Below are positions 43,440-57,379 of a stretch of 64,000 nucleotides of DNA, piece by piece. This stretch comes from the human T2T-CHM13v2.0 reference genome, Homo sapiens. The notes below the pieces were generated by a model, which did no database searches, had not been told where the DNA came from, and saw only the letters and a list, made by a program, of their open reading frames with translations. The position numbers and the translations under genes are program-made. The first letter of the stretch is position 1. Each line of letters starts with the position of its first letter. The stretch is from the NCBI RefSeq assembly GCF_009914755.1, contig NC_060925.1. One strand, given 5' to 3'.

Positions 43440-43650
43440 TAATAAGAGGTAATATTTGTTGAATACTTAGATGGGCCACATGCTTCTTTACCCCTTCACA
43501 TTCAAAAATTAATTTGATCCTTTCAAGCAACTGTGAATTTGGCACCATGATTAACATTTATATATGAAGAAGTCAAAGCTCAAAATGTTCATGTGGGTAA
43601 ATTCTGGTTTAGGAACTAGGCAGAATGAACTAATATGGACAATCCATTAT
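43440..43650 (-). mobile_element. MIR fragment
   Basis: taatatttgttgaatactta; catttatatatgaagaagtcaaagctca. Confidence 0.55.
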
Positions 43651-43675
43651 ACTCTTCTTTCCTGCCCAGCTTCCA

Positions 43676-43916
43676 CTTTTTAAATTGTGTTAAAATATAT
43701 ATAACATAAAACTTCCCATTTTAATTATGTTTTAAGTTTACAGTTCAGTGGTATTAAATACACTCCCATTGTTGTGCAACCATCACCACCACCCATTTAC
43801 AGAAACTTTTTCATCTTTCTAAACGGAATCTCTATACCCATCAAACCATAACTCCCCAGTCCCCTTTCCTCCCAGCCCCAGAAACCCCCATTCTACTTTC
43901 TGTCTCTATGAATTTG
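43676..43916 (-). mobile_element. L1MB-type 3'-end fragment
   Basis: acagttcagtggtattaaatacac..attgttgtgcaaccatcaccac; attctactttctgtctctatgaatttg. Confidence 0.88.
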
Positions 43917-45037
43917 GGACCAGATGAGCCACATTTTTAATCTCTAGGACCATTGCCTCCCAGAGCTGGGTCACATTTTCCATTTTTTTATTTGACAATT
44001 TGCTTTTTCATAGGCAATCGACTATGTTTTAGACCCAGTGTAAGTTTTTTCACTCCTAGGGATGTGGGCCTATACTAATTTCATAGTCATACTAAAGACC
44101 TTTGGCATTTTAGACCTTTGGCATTTGATCTGATGTTTCCAAGGACTTGCCAGAAGACTCTGTGACCTATCTACCTCGTATTTCCAATCCACATTTAGTT
44201 ATCTGTTCCAGGACATCTTTGATCATTGGACTCTAATGAATTTGAAGAGCTCACCAAAGCATTTCATTTTGTTAAATGTTCCCATTGAGGCTTCATGTGC
44301 TACGTGGAGTTCTATTAATGTGTAACTCAGTGTCATTGCATTTAGACAAGGCCAGTCCACATGGCAGAAGAATTCTCAGAAAGAAGGAAGCCAGAACACC
44401 CGAAGGAGGCATACAGAGATGATAAACCAATATTGTTATTTATGACACAGAACATGAGCTTCAAGAGATTTTTAAGCCATTTTCAACTACTTTGTAAGAA
44501 AAAGCTGATAGGTCCATTTATTGGGTTTGGGAAAGAAATGTGGCTCCAGCACCATGACCATGCAGTGACAAGGTTAAGACAGATAAGCAAGAGAGTAAAA
44601 GACCTGGGCTGTCTTGCTCACGACTTTGGAGGGCTGGTGTAAAGTAAGCTTCTAGTTAACATTTGTTGAGTGAATCAACAAAACTGCTGTTAAATGAGAT
44701 TTTCCAGGACACCAGATCAAAATATCCAAAACATGATCATCTCAAAAGAAGATTAACTCTGAATTTCCTTGGACTTCGAGAGGTAATGGGGATAAGCACT
44801 AACCATATGCTTGCTCCCTCTAAGATTCACTGTGACCATTCACTAATATGCTTTTCTATGTAAACGAAACTGATGGAAATGCAGGCCTGTGGAGCCAGTA
44901 AAGCTTTTGCCTGATCTTTAAAACTTTCCTGTTTGCTTATTTGTCTCCTATACTCAATAATACCACTGTGTGAGAACAGTGGGTGGAGTAATCTTAGATG
45001 AGTCACTTTGATTTCTCACCTATAAAGAAATGGGTTA

Positions 45038-45341
45038 GGCTGGGTGTGGTGGCTCATACCTGCGATCTCGGCACTTTTGGAGGCTGAGGCAGGTGATTTC
45101 TAGAGCCCAGGAGTTCAAGACCAGCCTGGGCAACATGGTAAAACCATGTCTCTACTAAAAAATTAGCCAGGTGTGGTGGTGCGCACCTGTGATCCCAGCT
45201 ACTCAGGAGACTGAGGTGGGAGGATCAGCTAAGTCTGGGAAGTTAAGGCTGCAGTGAGCCATGATTATGCCACCGCACTCCAGCCTGCATGATTAGAGTG
45301 AGTGAGACCCTGTCTCAAAAAAAAAAAAAAAAAAAAAAAAA
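45038..45341 (+). mobile_element. AluJb-like inserted in a MIR fragment
   Basis: gagcccaggagttc, ctgggcaacat, gtgggaggatc; long poly-A; TSD aaagaaatgggtta/aaagaaataggctg. Confidence 0.93.
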
Positions 45342-46742
45342 AAAGAAATAGGCTGTAATGAGTGAGCCTTGTAATCGATTTGTACCATAATCTTGGATTT
45401 TCTCCTTTTTTCCCCCCTTCTTTGTTCTTGCAACCCACCCCTGCTAGCTGGGTTTTATACTTGTTGATATACACAGAATTTCTGATTTTAAAAACCATTT
45501 GCAGATGGGAGGAGTACAGAAAGAAAACGGGGTGGGGCTGGGTGGTGAAGTGTAAAGAGGCAGTGGAAGAAAGACTGATTCCTTGGCCCTATATTTTAAA
45601 GAGCTTCATAAGATGAAGAATGAATTCCCCAACAGGAGAGACTGAGCAGTGGTTTTCCTTCCTGCAGCGAGATGTTATATAATGTTCCTGAAAAGGCCTG
45701 TGCGAATCTCATCTCTGGCAGTCCATGAGCAGGAGGACTTTCTCTGGCTGGCTCCTGTTTCTACCCTGACTCACACGCTTTACAACGAAGCAAGCCGCTG
45801 CTCCCTTCTGGGAGTCCTGAGACAAGATTCTCAAGACTGGAAAGAGGTCAACAGGTTGTTGTAACCCCTTAGCTACATTTGTCTCTATTTTTCTAGATTG
45901 AGCAAGGATTTGCTTTCCCTTGTTTTAGGAATTACCCTGTCAGTACAAGCAGCTGTTGAATTAGTATGATGGGGAGGAAGGGGTTATCAAATTTATTTTA
46001 TTTTATGTGAATTCTCATTTTTTGGAAAACAATCTATCCTGTAATTATTTCAGATGCCAGTTCTCAGTTTTGTAAAGTTAGGTTTATTGAGTTTTGGGGC
46101 ATTATTTCCAGCGAGTTCTTATATGTATATATGAAAAAATTAATGTAACACTGAAAAGTAATTATTTAAAAAATTATGAATAGAATCTTAAAATACCTTA
46201 GGAAATTTATAGATTTTTAAAAACATATTTTCAAAAATTACCTTAAACATGTAAATCAGCTGTAATCTTCCAGTGAATTAGGAAACCCATGTCTTTGATG
46301 TTAACCCTCTTTACTAGGGACTAAAACCCCTCTTGGGTCATAACCACATCCAGTTATAGTGGAACACTAGTTGAAGACCCTGTCAGAACTCCCAAAGAAT
46401 CAAAAATTACAACTGGGAATCCAAACAGAGATGCTCAGGTGTTCTTGAAAAAAGAAGGCTTGGCATGCAGAAGATGTTCAATGAATATTTATTAAATAAA
46501 TACAACTGAAGAAGCTGATAACTGAGTTTCTTTAAAAAGGAGGTTTTTGAAGCTAGCTCCAAAAAACACAGCAAAAGCAGTGGCTTCATGGAGGAAACCA
46601 CAGCATGGAGGACACTTGGAATTGACATGTGATGAACTCTGTGTCACGGATCTAGCTCAGCCTCTGCTATAGACTTGTATCTGTGGACAAATTATTTCAC
46701 CTCCATGGGCCTCAGTTTCCTCTCTGTAAAAGAAGAGGTTGT

Positions 46743-46890
46743 CAGTGGTTTTCAAACTGTGATTTTCTTTTTGTGATCTAAGTCTTATGAAGAATTATAA
46801 TATACACACTAGGTAAAAGTAGACCCTCCTGGGTTGCATCTGGGGAGGCATTCTGGAGTCCTACCTGCCCTAGCACCCCTCAACTTGACG
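46743..46890. mobile_element. Ancient hAT-Charlie-like MITE; a related relic lies at ~58785-59000
   Basis: cagtggttttcaaactg terminus; shared aaaagt(a/g)g..ct..t..ggttg..gg core. Confidence 0.35.
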
Positions 46891-47049
46891 GCACACAGCT
46901 GTAAAGTGACCAGGCTTAATGATCTGTTAGGTCACTCTCCAGCTGTGACATTCAAGGGGAGTGCTAATAATCAGTGTTACAAGGAGCTGTCTGGAGGCCA
47001 GTGGAGGGTTTTTGAGGACGTATTTTGAGAAGTACTTCTTTAGAGTGTC

Positions 47050-47870
47050 ATCTTCTCCCCTCAAACCTATTCCGACCCCTGCAGTCTCTAACCCTGTTGA
47101 TGGCACCACAATCTATGTTGTCTCCTATGCTGGAAACCTAGGAGTTATCTAAGACCCATCCCTCAGGGTCCATATCCAATAAAACACTATCTTCTTTCAG
47201 TGTTGACCTTTGAACATTTCTTATACTTACCGTTTCGTCTCCAGCCCCATCTTCACCACCAGAATTCAGGTCCTTATCCTCTTTCTCTTGATCCTTATCT
47301 TCTTTCACAACAAACTCCTGGTCAGTCTACAGACCTTCAGTCTCCTTCCTTCCCTATATGGTCATTCCTTTACATAAAGTCTTTTAATTGTTCTCCGTGA
47401 CCCATAGGACAGATCCCATCTCTCTGGGAGGGCAGAGAAGGTTTTCCTAGTCTTTCCTGCCTCACTCCCATCTTTCTCATACCATACTTCATGCTCTGGC
47501 AATATCAAGCTGCCTGGAGTTCTTTGGATATACCATGTAGTTTTACACCTTCACTCCTGGGGACATAGTAATTTTTCTTCTATTTTGCCCTCTAATGTCT
47601 TCTCCCCCTTTTTTCTGTAGCTAATTTCTAATCTTTCTTTAAGTCAGTGCAAGTGTCTTCCCTGTGAAAAGCCTTTGCTGACCCCTTGGCTGAGCTAAGG
47701 GCATCCATGTATTTCTTAGGACTCTGCACATTGCTCCCACACTATATTAAAATTATTTGGGTACATGTGTCTCTTCTACTAGATTGTAATTCATTAGTGA
47801 CTAAGCCTTGTTTCTTTCTATCCCTCTTCCTCCCCAGTGCATGACATCCACTAGGCACTCAGTAAGTGGC
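47050..47870 (+). mobile_element. L2 relic
   Basis: gctggaaacctaggagttatc; aagcctttgctgaccc; ctactagattgtaa; taggcactcagtaa. Confidence 0.7.
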
Positions 47871-50183
47871 CTATCGTGGGATTCTCTCTGGTCTCAAAAC
47901 ATCAGCTCCCTGATTTAGCCTCACATGAGATCAGTCCAGAGATTTAAGTGGCTTCAGGGTCATGCGAAGGGCTAATATGAAGTACAATACTTTCAAAATT
48001 TAAAAACCATGTTTTCACTTAAAATAATATTTCTTCGATCCTAGCATTTATCATGAAGCTATTTTAAGCTTTGAAAGTACTGTTTGCTTTTCCTCTTAAT
48101 AAACTCATCATTTAAGAAGAGAAAAGTCAAAATACACGAGTGAAATACACATTGAATAAATTTACTCAAGTAGACTTTTGAGTCTTTGAGTAAATTTCTC
48201 ATTTTACCTCTGTCGTAACATGAGCCTTCTGGAGGGTGAATGCCTGCTATGTTCCTCAACCCCGGCGCACATGAGACTCTGGCAAGAGAGCCATCCTCTT
48301 CACTATGCAAGTCTCCTTCTCCTTGCCTAGCATCTGAGCCACCAGGAGCCTATATGGCACCTCTGTGTGAATTGGGAAGGCAACTCCTTTGGTGTGATGC
48401 AACCCCAAAGGCATGGGGTTTAGAAATAGGACATTGCCTTTGTGCTAAGAAAAAAGTGACTGTTCTCTAGGGAGATGGCTCCAGAGGGAGTAGAGTTGGC
48501 TTTGAGCCCCTCTGCCAGGCACCTTTGTGAAGTGCAGAGACTGACCCTGCCTAATGCAAACAAAGAGCCACACATCTCCCTCTTGCCCCACATGGTAATC
48601 TGGGGCTGCCAACCAAGCCCTAAAGGAGTAGAGATGGTCTCTCTGAAGAGCATGTTGGTGGGCTTTCTTGTTAAGCCTAGCTTGCCATTCTGATGGAGCA
48701 GTAGCATACTGTGGTGCTTTCTGAGCTCTGACCCAGAGGAATCCCTTCTTTGTCACTTTGTATAGCTCATTTTGCTAAGCGACAAAGCTGAATCTGTCAC
48801 AACATGAGCCAAACAAAATAGCGATCACCCCCTCACATGTGTGGAGCCTCTTCACTTTGACGCACTCTGTGGTAAGCGTTATTCACGAGCAGTTAATTAT
48901 CGGTCTTCATGCATAAAATGAATGTGACATTGGAGACAGATGTTTATTGTTTGTTACATATATATATTTTTTCAAAACTCCAGCTACCGAAATTGGCTGA
49001 AATTACCATCATAAAGCACTGCCTTTGTACATTCAGGGTTGTATTCTGATCCCTGACCTGCAGGAACAGCACACTGAGGGGGTAATATACACATGTACAG
49101 ACTTTTCTTTTTATTGACAAGATGAATGGAATTGCTTTAACAACTGTGCTCAGGCTGAAACAACTGCTGAGTTCCACCAGGGGCTGCTGTTGAACTTCTA
49201 AAAAAAGATCATCTTTTGGAGGAGAAGGGGGGTAGTGGCGGATGGGGAGGGAGGGATGGGAATGGGGGAAGAGGAACAGAAAAAAACAAATCTTGGAAGA
49301 AAACCTGACATTTCTGTCTGAGGTGAAGCATGCTTTGCTGATGCCACACATGGAATGTTTCGGAAGTGTCAGTAATAAATACTTCTATCAGAAATCTTCA
49401 TATTCTATATTTCTGCTTATCATACCCCAAGGAGAGTCATACAAAGACATAGCTGTCAGGGTCTAATTTGGATCTGAAAACTATGGCGGTTGTCAGGCAT
49501 CTTTTCCCATGTGTGATATTTATCTTCTCTCACAAACAAACTGAGTGCAGGGTTTTTAATTAATTTCCAAGTGTCTCCCATGGTAATTTTACCCTAATAT
49601 ATTAATACGATGATTTAAACCATCATTCAGAGACAGACTTTTGGTTGAAAATCACTAAAGGCTTAGATGGTGTTTAGTGTTATCAATAAGCTACACGTTC
49701 GTTGGTTTGCAGGGAATCAATAAAGTTGCCCTTTCCTCATTTTTATTTTTAGAGGCATCAGTGGGATTTTATCTCTTTTAAGTATATTAAGGAAATCACG
49801 GGTGAGCTGATTTTGTTATTTTTCTTCTTTTGATTGGAGGAACTTCTTAGGCTGTTTCTCTTACTGCCTGTGGAAGGCTTACTTTAAGAAAAGTTCTTGA
49901 TTTGATGATGAAGGAGTGGATTTTCTTCTTTAAATAGTCCCCTTCAGAAAAACTTGATTTTTAAAAAATAAAGGTGCCAGAAATAGGCCACTGAAAGGGG
50001 TATACCCCTGATGTATACAAACCTTTTGGGGGACAGCAAATGAATTTATCTTTTCTTTCCCTGCCCATTAGCCTTTTCAATAAAAGATGTGGAATAAAAT
50101 GCATAATAAAAATTTTAAGGACAGGAGTAAAGTTGGAAGTGTAACACATGTTTCTTAAACAGTGTATTTTAAGAACAAATGAA

Positions 50184-50340
50184 CATATGTTAATAAGCTA
50201 GCTTTAACCATTCCACAGTGTGTATATAGACTTCAAAACATCATGTTGTATGCGGTAAATACATACAATTTTATCTGTCAATTTAAAAAATAAATAAATT
50301 TCAGAAAAAAACCCCAAACAAAACAAAACAAAAAAAACCT
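50184..50340 (+). mobile_element. Severely 5'-truncated L1MA2-type 3' end with A-rich tail
   Basis: ccattccacagtgtgtatatagacttcaaaacatcatgttgta..tacaattttatctgtcaatt; possible TSD aaatgaa(c/a)at. Confidence 0.8.
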
Positions 50341-53300
50341 AAATGAAAATGAAAGTGATGTCTTCCATAATAAGAAGTCACATTTAGAAGAGCTTTATTT
50401 ATTTGTTTTTGGCAATGCTTGTATCTTTATTTAATATTATTATACTCTTAACTGAAAGGTTGCCTCAGATTTTATAAAGATTTTTTTCTCAATTCGCCTT
50501 TAGGATATTTGATTACTAGGGTGATAGGGCAATCTTTCAAGAAATATTTATCTTTCTCTGAAAAAGGCATTCAAACATCATTGAAAACCCATAGCAATAA
50601 AAGGTAGATTCCTAGAATGTTATATGAGGCTTTTAATTATTGTCAATTAAAGATGAAATTTTTGGAAATGCATGAAACTCCTTCATATAGAATTGGAGAT
50701 TGCATCTGTGACTTTTTTTCTGTATGGGGGTTTATTTCTTTCCTTCTCTCCTCAGTCCTCAGCCCCAGCCATAAAAACACTTTTCCTAGATCCATTAGGA
50801 AAATTTAATAACCAGATATCTCTCTAATGAGAAAGGATTTTTTAAGTTTGGCTGCTCTGTGCTAGTAATTTGTATTTTTTTCTGGTCTTGCATGTTGTAT
50901 GTAAGCACCACAAAAAAATCAGCCTTTTAAACAGAGATTGATTCTGACAGCTTTTATTTTATGTGATTTCCAAGAATTGATATAGGAATGCTTCTTAATT
51001 GAAATAGTTCTCCTTTTTTGGTTTTTATTTTATTGTCCTTTACTTCTTGACATCTTGTACATTAAATCAAAGGCTGTTTTAGAGACATGAAATGACAGCT
51101 TTTTCAGAGTCCGATTCTGGATCCTGATAGATCTGCATTTCTCAAAGCAGACAAGTTGCTCTCGCCAGCCTTGGAGAAGCTTCCTGCATGATGGGCACGT
51201 CACCTAGAAACAACATAAACTGCAGGTTAATCACCGAGGAACGGCTCATGTCAATTCCCCACTGCCCTGCTTCCTGTCTAAGAGGAATAAAACCAAGAGT
51301 GACTGTTTCTTTGCTATTTAATTTAACAGAATCTGAACTCAACTTTAGTTTGAAATTATATTTCCTCTTGGCCAGGATGGAAAGGCTACTCATGTCATTT
51401 AGTAACGCGTTGTAAAGAAAAATCAAAGCGTCCTCATGGACTGTTTTTCCCTGTCGTATCTGCCAGTGATGAGAGAACACATAAAGTGAATGAGACGTGA
51501 CACAGGCATGCACAGAGAACCCATTTGTTACACTGAAATTCTCAGGAAAATGCTATTTGTGTTACTGTGATGTTTTGGAGTTAGAAAAGAGTTTTTTGGG
51601 AAGAAAAGTGTCTTGATATCAGTGAGTAGAAATAAAAATGAGACAGGATGCAAAAATATGATAGCACAGTAAAGAGCAGCACAACAGAGCAGACCAGTCC
51701 TCCTTAGAGGTAAAAAGTAAACATCTTATAATGGGAACAGTAACAAGATGAGTATTAGAGATTTGTTTTTCAGTTCTGCCTAACTCTTTGTAACTTTACA
51801 ATGTAAGATTCAGAAATTGGAGCCAATTACCATAATATGTGGTGGTTTGGTGGGAGCATGTTCTACATCAGACAGTTAAAAGGTTTTATTGCTATTAGGA
51901 GCAAGTTAATGCCCTTGATAATGTCTCTACTTGCTTTGTAATGTCTCTTGTTGAAGTATAGAATTCTTTTATCTTCTTATTACATTATGCAAAAACTTGA
52001 ATTGAAAAGATATTTGCAGGAACATTTAAAGTAGTGCATCAATCAGCTTCAAAGAAGAGAAAATGTTCTCAGAATAGCTTATAAAAGGATAACTGTCAGT
52101 TTTATTTTGGATGAACAAAGGCGGCAACGTAAAAAGCACTTTATTGTAAAAGCATACTGTGCAATTCAATAAATATGCCATATAAATATAAAAGAGAAGA
52201 AAGTTCATAATTATCTGATGACTTAAATGTAATTTAAGTAATACTTTTAAAATGCACCTAGCAGTGAAGTACTCTTTTTCTATTGGGTTCTGAGTTCTAG
52301 CCACTAAGCCCCCATTAGGTGATAACTTAACTCTCTCTCTTTCTCTCACTCTCTCTCTGATAGCATAAGGATTTGAATGGATTAGTCATGGTCCCGTTTT
52401 TAATATATCTCTAAAAGATATAGAAAGAAGTATGTGTGGAAATCATTAGCAAAAATTTTAACCACCACTTAATGGTGCAGGCTTTTCAAAATGATTTGGT
52501 CTTATCTGCACAGTATTCAATTGTTTCTCATTGTCATTGCTGCTATAAGACAATTTTGAATTTGAATGTAACCGTATTGTGACTTGAAATAGCAGTTCCC
52601 AGTGTTTTATGTTTGTTAGGAAAAGCCATTAGCAGTGCAGTTTCTGGACTTTCTAAATCAGGGGTGCTTTGTTACTTTTTATGTAAGGGTACTTACAATT
52701 TTCTTATAATTAGAAATCTTTTTTCTTATTTAAGATAGATGGTTTTTAACTGTAAATGCTAGCTATACAAGCTTATTTTTCAAATGTTTCCCAGGTAATG
52801 AACTCTCACCTCATAAATGCTGCAGAGATGATTTTTTCTGACAACTCTAAAAAATCTACAATGTGAACTACCTATTTAAAGAAAATATTCAGATCCACAT
52901 GGAAAATATAACATAAATTTTTAGAATAGGAAAAAAATCATCTATAGAACTGAACTTCCCTATAACTTATGTTTCCACGCATGTCAATATGCATCTAAGC
53001 ATGGACAGCCAGCTCCCTGCATGTAGAAGGCACTTTTCAAGTATTTGTTGATTAAAGTTGGAATATAAAAATATCCCAATCAGTAAAAATCTGTCTTTTG
53101 CTTTTTAACCTGACAAAGGGATACTAATCCCATATTAAATAGAGTAATATAAGTGTTCCCCCAGATTCTGGTCTTTTCAAGACTCAGAAGATTTCATTTG
53201 AAGTCAAAAAACCAGGTTAATTCATGCAACCACACTATTGTACCTTATAAAATTATATTAATGTTTGTAACACTTCTAAGAAATAATCTTCATTTATTTT

Positions 53301-55065
53301 AAAACTGCAAATATGGCACCTTATAATAGGAAATCAATTCATAACTTTATTTATGACATCATTTTGCTGGCAACTTGTTTCTCATGACTATTGTTCATGA
53401 TACCTAATTCATTAAAGTAATTTTCTCCTTCTTTCAGTGGGTTTCCTACAGACTCTATAGCCAGTACTCAGTGCACTGCTGCTCTCTGAGATACCCCATT
53501 TTCTCATTGCTCCTTTCTTTTGGTATGTTTGGGAGCACTCTCATTTTGAAAGTACAAGGAAAATTATCTCATAAAAGAATGTAATAACAACAGAACTTCT
53601 GAGATTTCAAAAACGTAGAATTCTTAAGTTATTGAACTATGGGAAAAGCTGTAATTTATAACCAGTAAGTTAGTATGTTGTACACATCTGTGTACTGTTT
53701 CAGAAAATAAAGGTTGTTACCATAGCAACTGCCACATAACATAGAACATACGTTATTTGTGAGATGCCAGGCTCCGTGTTAAAAAAAAAAAATCCCTCCT
53801 CATGGCTGCTGCCTGGTGTTTCAAGGATTTCAGCCTTTTCTTTACTATAATAAGGGATCCTCTTTTTTAGTGTCCTGTTATTTTAAGTATTTTCCTTATT
53901 TTTATTTTCTCATTCTTTTAGGGTTTGTTAGCTATTGGTAAGTTTGTGTAGTACTGCTATGATTCGGTGACTGCCTCGAAGAGATTTCTCACCTAGTGTT
54001 AATTTGTTAATTTTTAAGAAATTAGAATTCCTCTTTCAGATATAGCAACATGTATGTGTTAAGAATACATTTAGTTATTCTGAATGCAACAGGTAAATGC
54101 AACTGGTAACATTTTATTTTGTGGCCCTTTGAAGATTTTACAATTTTGTATTGTATGACCACTATGGTATTTAACCACTTTTTAAAAATAAAAATGTCAC
54201 CTAGGAGTATGTATTTTACAGGTGTCATTTTTTATTTTAAAATTTGTGTCATATTTAATTTCATTTGAAACTATCATATAATGACAAAATTTAACTTCTA
54301 AAGAAGTGTAGATTTCCAGTCTTTTTTGGTAAGTGCTAACGCCAAAGAATAAGAACGTTGACAAATAATTCTGAAGTCTCAATTTTAATCCAACTCCTTT
54401 TAGTTTTAAAGGCAGAATAATGAATGAATAAAAGGAAGGAGGTAATAAAGCAAAATGGAGGACCCTTTAATATGGCTGAGCAAGGGATCAGAATATCCAA
54501 CCACTTTGAAATTAGTCTGAAAACAGCTTGACACATTAGAGCAACGATTTTTGGACTCATTGTTCTCATCCACATTATGGCAGAGATTTTTTATATGTAT
54601 CTGTGAAGATTGGATTTCTTGTGCATGGTGAATTTTTAGCCCAGATTCAATATATTATTGCAAACACTGACATATTTTATCAGGTTAGAGGTTTTCCAAA
54701 GAATAGCATCTGAGTTTTCCTTTGCTGGGTACCAGCTTTCCCTAGAGACAGCTACCTCTGTATCTTTGGAATGGTTCTGTGTCACAAAAATGTGACACAG
54801 GATATCAATCCTGAAAACAAAACACTTCTGGTGAAAAATGGCAGAATAGATAATACTCCTCCTTTCTTAAAAAATAATAGTTTAATCAATAAGCATTTAT
54901 TAAACATCTACCATGTGCCAGGCACACTTTTGGGGACATAAAGATGAATAACGGAGCTTCCCTGTCTCCAGGGAACTCAGAAATTTAATCAGGCAGAGAA
55001 GAGCACCATTAACTGACACAATGAGCTGTATGCTGCAACCTGATCTTTCCACAGGTCTCATCAGT

Positions 55066-55089
55066 CAACAACAACAACAACAACAACAA
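55066..55089 (+). repeat. (CAA)n microsatellite at a MIR tail
   Basis: Read directly; MIR (-) follows at 55092-55250 and an L2 end lies at 54880-54990. Confidence 0.9.
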
Positions 55090-55319
55090 ACAGTAATCAT
55101 AGTTGACATTTATTGAACACTTAACTTTTTGACAGGCACCTCAGATGTATTTTGTAATTCAATCCACACAATAGTGCTCTGAGGGTTTTTTTGACAAGAA
55201 ACTGGGCTTACAGCATTTGAATAACTTGCCTAAGGTTACACAGTGGAGTAAGGGTTCTCATGCCTGTTAAACCTAAAATATTACCTAAAATAATATACCT
55301 TGACCACTTGTTGCATTGG

Positions 55320-56255
55320 CACTGCTACCGTCCCCATCCCTGGCACCTTTGTCTCTCACTGGGCTCTGCAGTAGCCACCTGATAGACTTTCTGGCTGCCT
55401 CTTGGCCCTATGGTCCATCTTCCAAAGACTGGAAATCTACTCTTCTTTAGCTCCCAGGGTGGCCTTGTAAGAACATAAGTCAGATCACGTGCTCCCTGCT
55501 TGGAATTTTCCAGTGACTTCCCATTACATGCAGAACAGAATCCCAGCCCTTTTCCATGGGTTACAAGGCCCTGCAGAATTTGCCACCTTTCCCTGAACCC
55601 TTAAACTTCATCTCCTACTGTTCTCCCCCCTAGCTTGTTTACAGTGCTTTAGACCGGGATCAGCACACTTTTCAGCACAGGGCCAGGTAAATATTTTAGG
55701 CTCTGCAGGCCATGCAGTCTCCCTTGCAGCTACTCAGCCCTGCTATTCTAGCATGAAAGCACCCATAGATAATAAATAAGCAGACGAGTGTGGCTATGTT
55801 CCAATAAAACTTTATTGACATAAACAGGCAGCAGGCTGGATTTGGCCTGTAGACTGGAGTTTGCTGATCCTTGTTGTAGATTTACTCTTTTTTCTTTTCA
55901 TTCCTCCAATTTGCCAAGGCTTTCCAACCAGAGGGTTCACCTCAGATCTTCCCTGGGCTGCCTCTTCTGGCCACTGCATCCTCACTGTGAATGAGAGATT
56001 AACCCGGCTCCTCTATTTAAGTAGTTTGCTCTACTCATCTCCTGCATTATTACCTACTTTATTGTCTTCACAGCCTTTATCACATAAAACCTCTCATTAA
56101 TGTATTTGCTTACTTGTTTATCAACTGTGTCTCCCTCTGTAAGGTGAACATCCTGTGAGGAGGACACTTTTTGCCTCGCTCATTGTGGTGTTTCTACCAA
56201 CTAGAGCGGAGCCTATGGCATGAAAAAGGTGCTCAGGAAGTGTGTTCAGTTGAAT
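55320..56255 (+). mobile_element. L2 relic interrupted by MER58A
   Basis: cataagtcagatcacgt; ttccagtgacttcccatt; aggtgctcaggaagtgtgttcagttgaatg. Confidence 0.75.
55655..55873 (+). mobile_element. MER58A (hAT-Charlie)
   Basis: gtaaatattttaggct; gtggctatgttccaataaaactttatt; gtttgctgatccttg; TSD ctttagac/ttgtagat. Confidence 0.88.
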
Positions 56256-56904
56256 GGAGAACAAGCCTGACTAACTCTAAAGCTTGTGCTTTCTATGATT
56301 TCCCAATATTCCTCTTCTGGAAGAATGAGCTCACACCAATGGTAATTTGAGGAATTTGTCACACTGGATTCATGAGGACCTGGCAAAGCTTCACCACCAC
56401 GCACTTCTGGTCGACCCCAGGGAATTTCTCCCATGGGCATGTGAATAAGGCTGACATCTGCCCCATGGTGTCCCGGAGTATTGACCTCTCATGCTGTTTA
56501 TCACTGCCTTTGCTGACAAAGTCCCGTGGCCACTGGGTATCATCACCTCCATCAGGCTTCTGTGTCACTTCTCCTGCATAGTCTGCACTCACTGAGCACC
56601 TTGAATGTCTTGAGACACCACCTGTGGGTGTCACAGAGACCACCTGGTGATGCCATTGCCCCTGCTGCCACCTCTATCTGAGCACCACTGCCTCTGTCAT
56701 GTGCCCAAGCCTTCTGCTGGGACTACCCTTGCTTCCAGCCCCACCACGGTGCCACCACTTCAATGAGCTAAGCTGCTTCTAGTGGATGGTGGAGTTAGAT
56801 GATCACCCTCTTTCAATTTTCTCTCAAATTAGTGATTCTGAATTAGTGTGGCTTGTGCTCCCAAATTGAATAATTTTAAACTTTTACTTACCACCATCTC
56901 TCTT

Positions 56905-57128
56905 CCTAAATGTAGTACCTGATGCTTACGTGAGGCTCATTGTGTGCCTGGCAGTGTGGGGAGAGATTTACATACATTAACTTGTGTAATGCTCACAACA
57001 GACCCATATTATTTTCATCTCCACTGAGGCCAGAGGGGTTAACTGACTCACTCAAGGCAACCAGCAAGCAACAGAACTTAGATCTGAATCCAGGCAACTG
57101 GCTTTAGATGCATGCTATTAATCACCCA
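56905..57128 (-). mobile_element. MIR
   Basis: actgaggccagaggggttaactgactcactcaagg; gatctgaatccaggca. Confidence 0.7.
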
Positions 57129-57379
57129 TCTACAAGGACCTAGACATGTGTCTATGGGGCTAGGCTTGGGATAGATGCAAGAAACTGATACCACACTCCA
57201 AAGCCCTATTTCACAGTTACCCTGGGGGTAACAAGCCTAGTCAGTTAAGTCTCTCAGTGCCATGTGATTCCTGGGTGCACACCACTGGCTTGCTAGATCT
57301 GTGTAATTACATCTGAACTGAGGCTGAAGCAAGGACTGTTCTCCCCAGACTCTTCTTCGAGTAAGGTGCTAAGGTAGAC

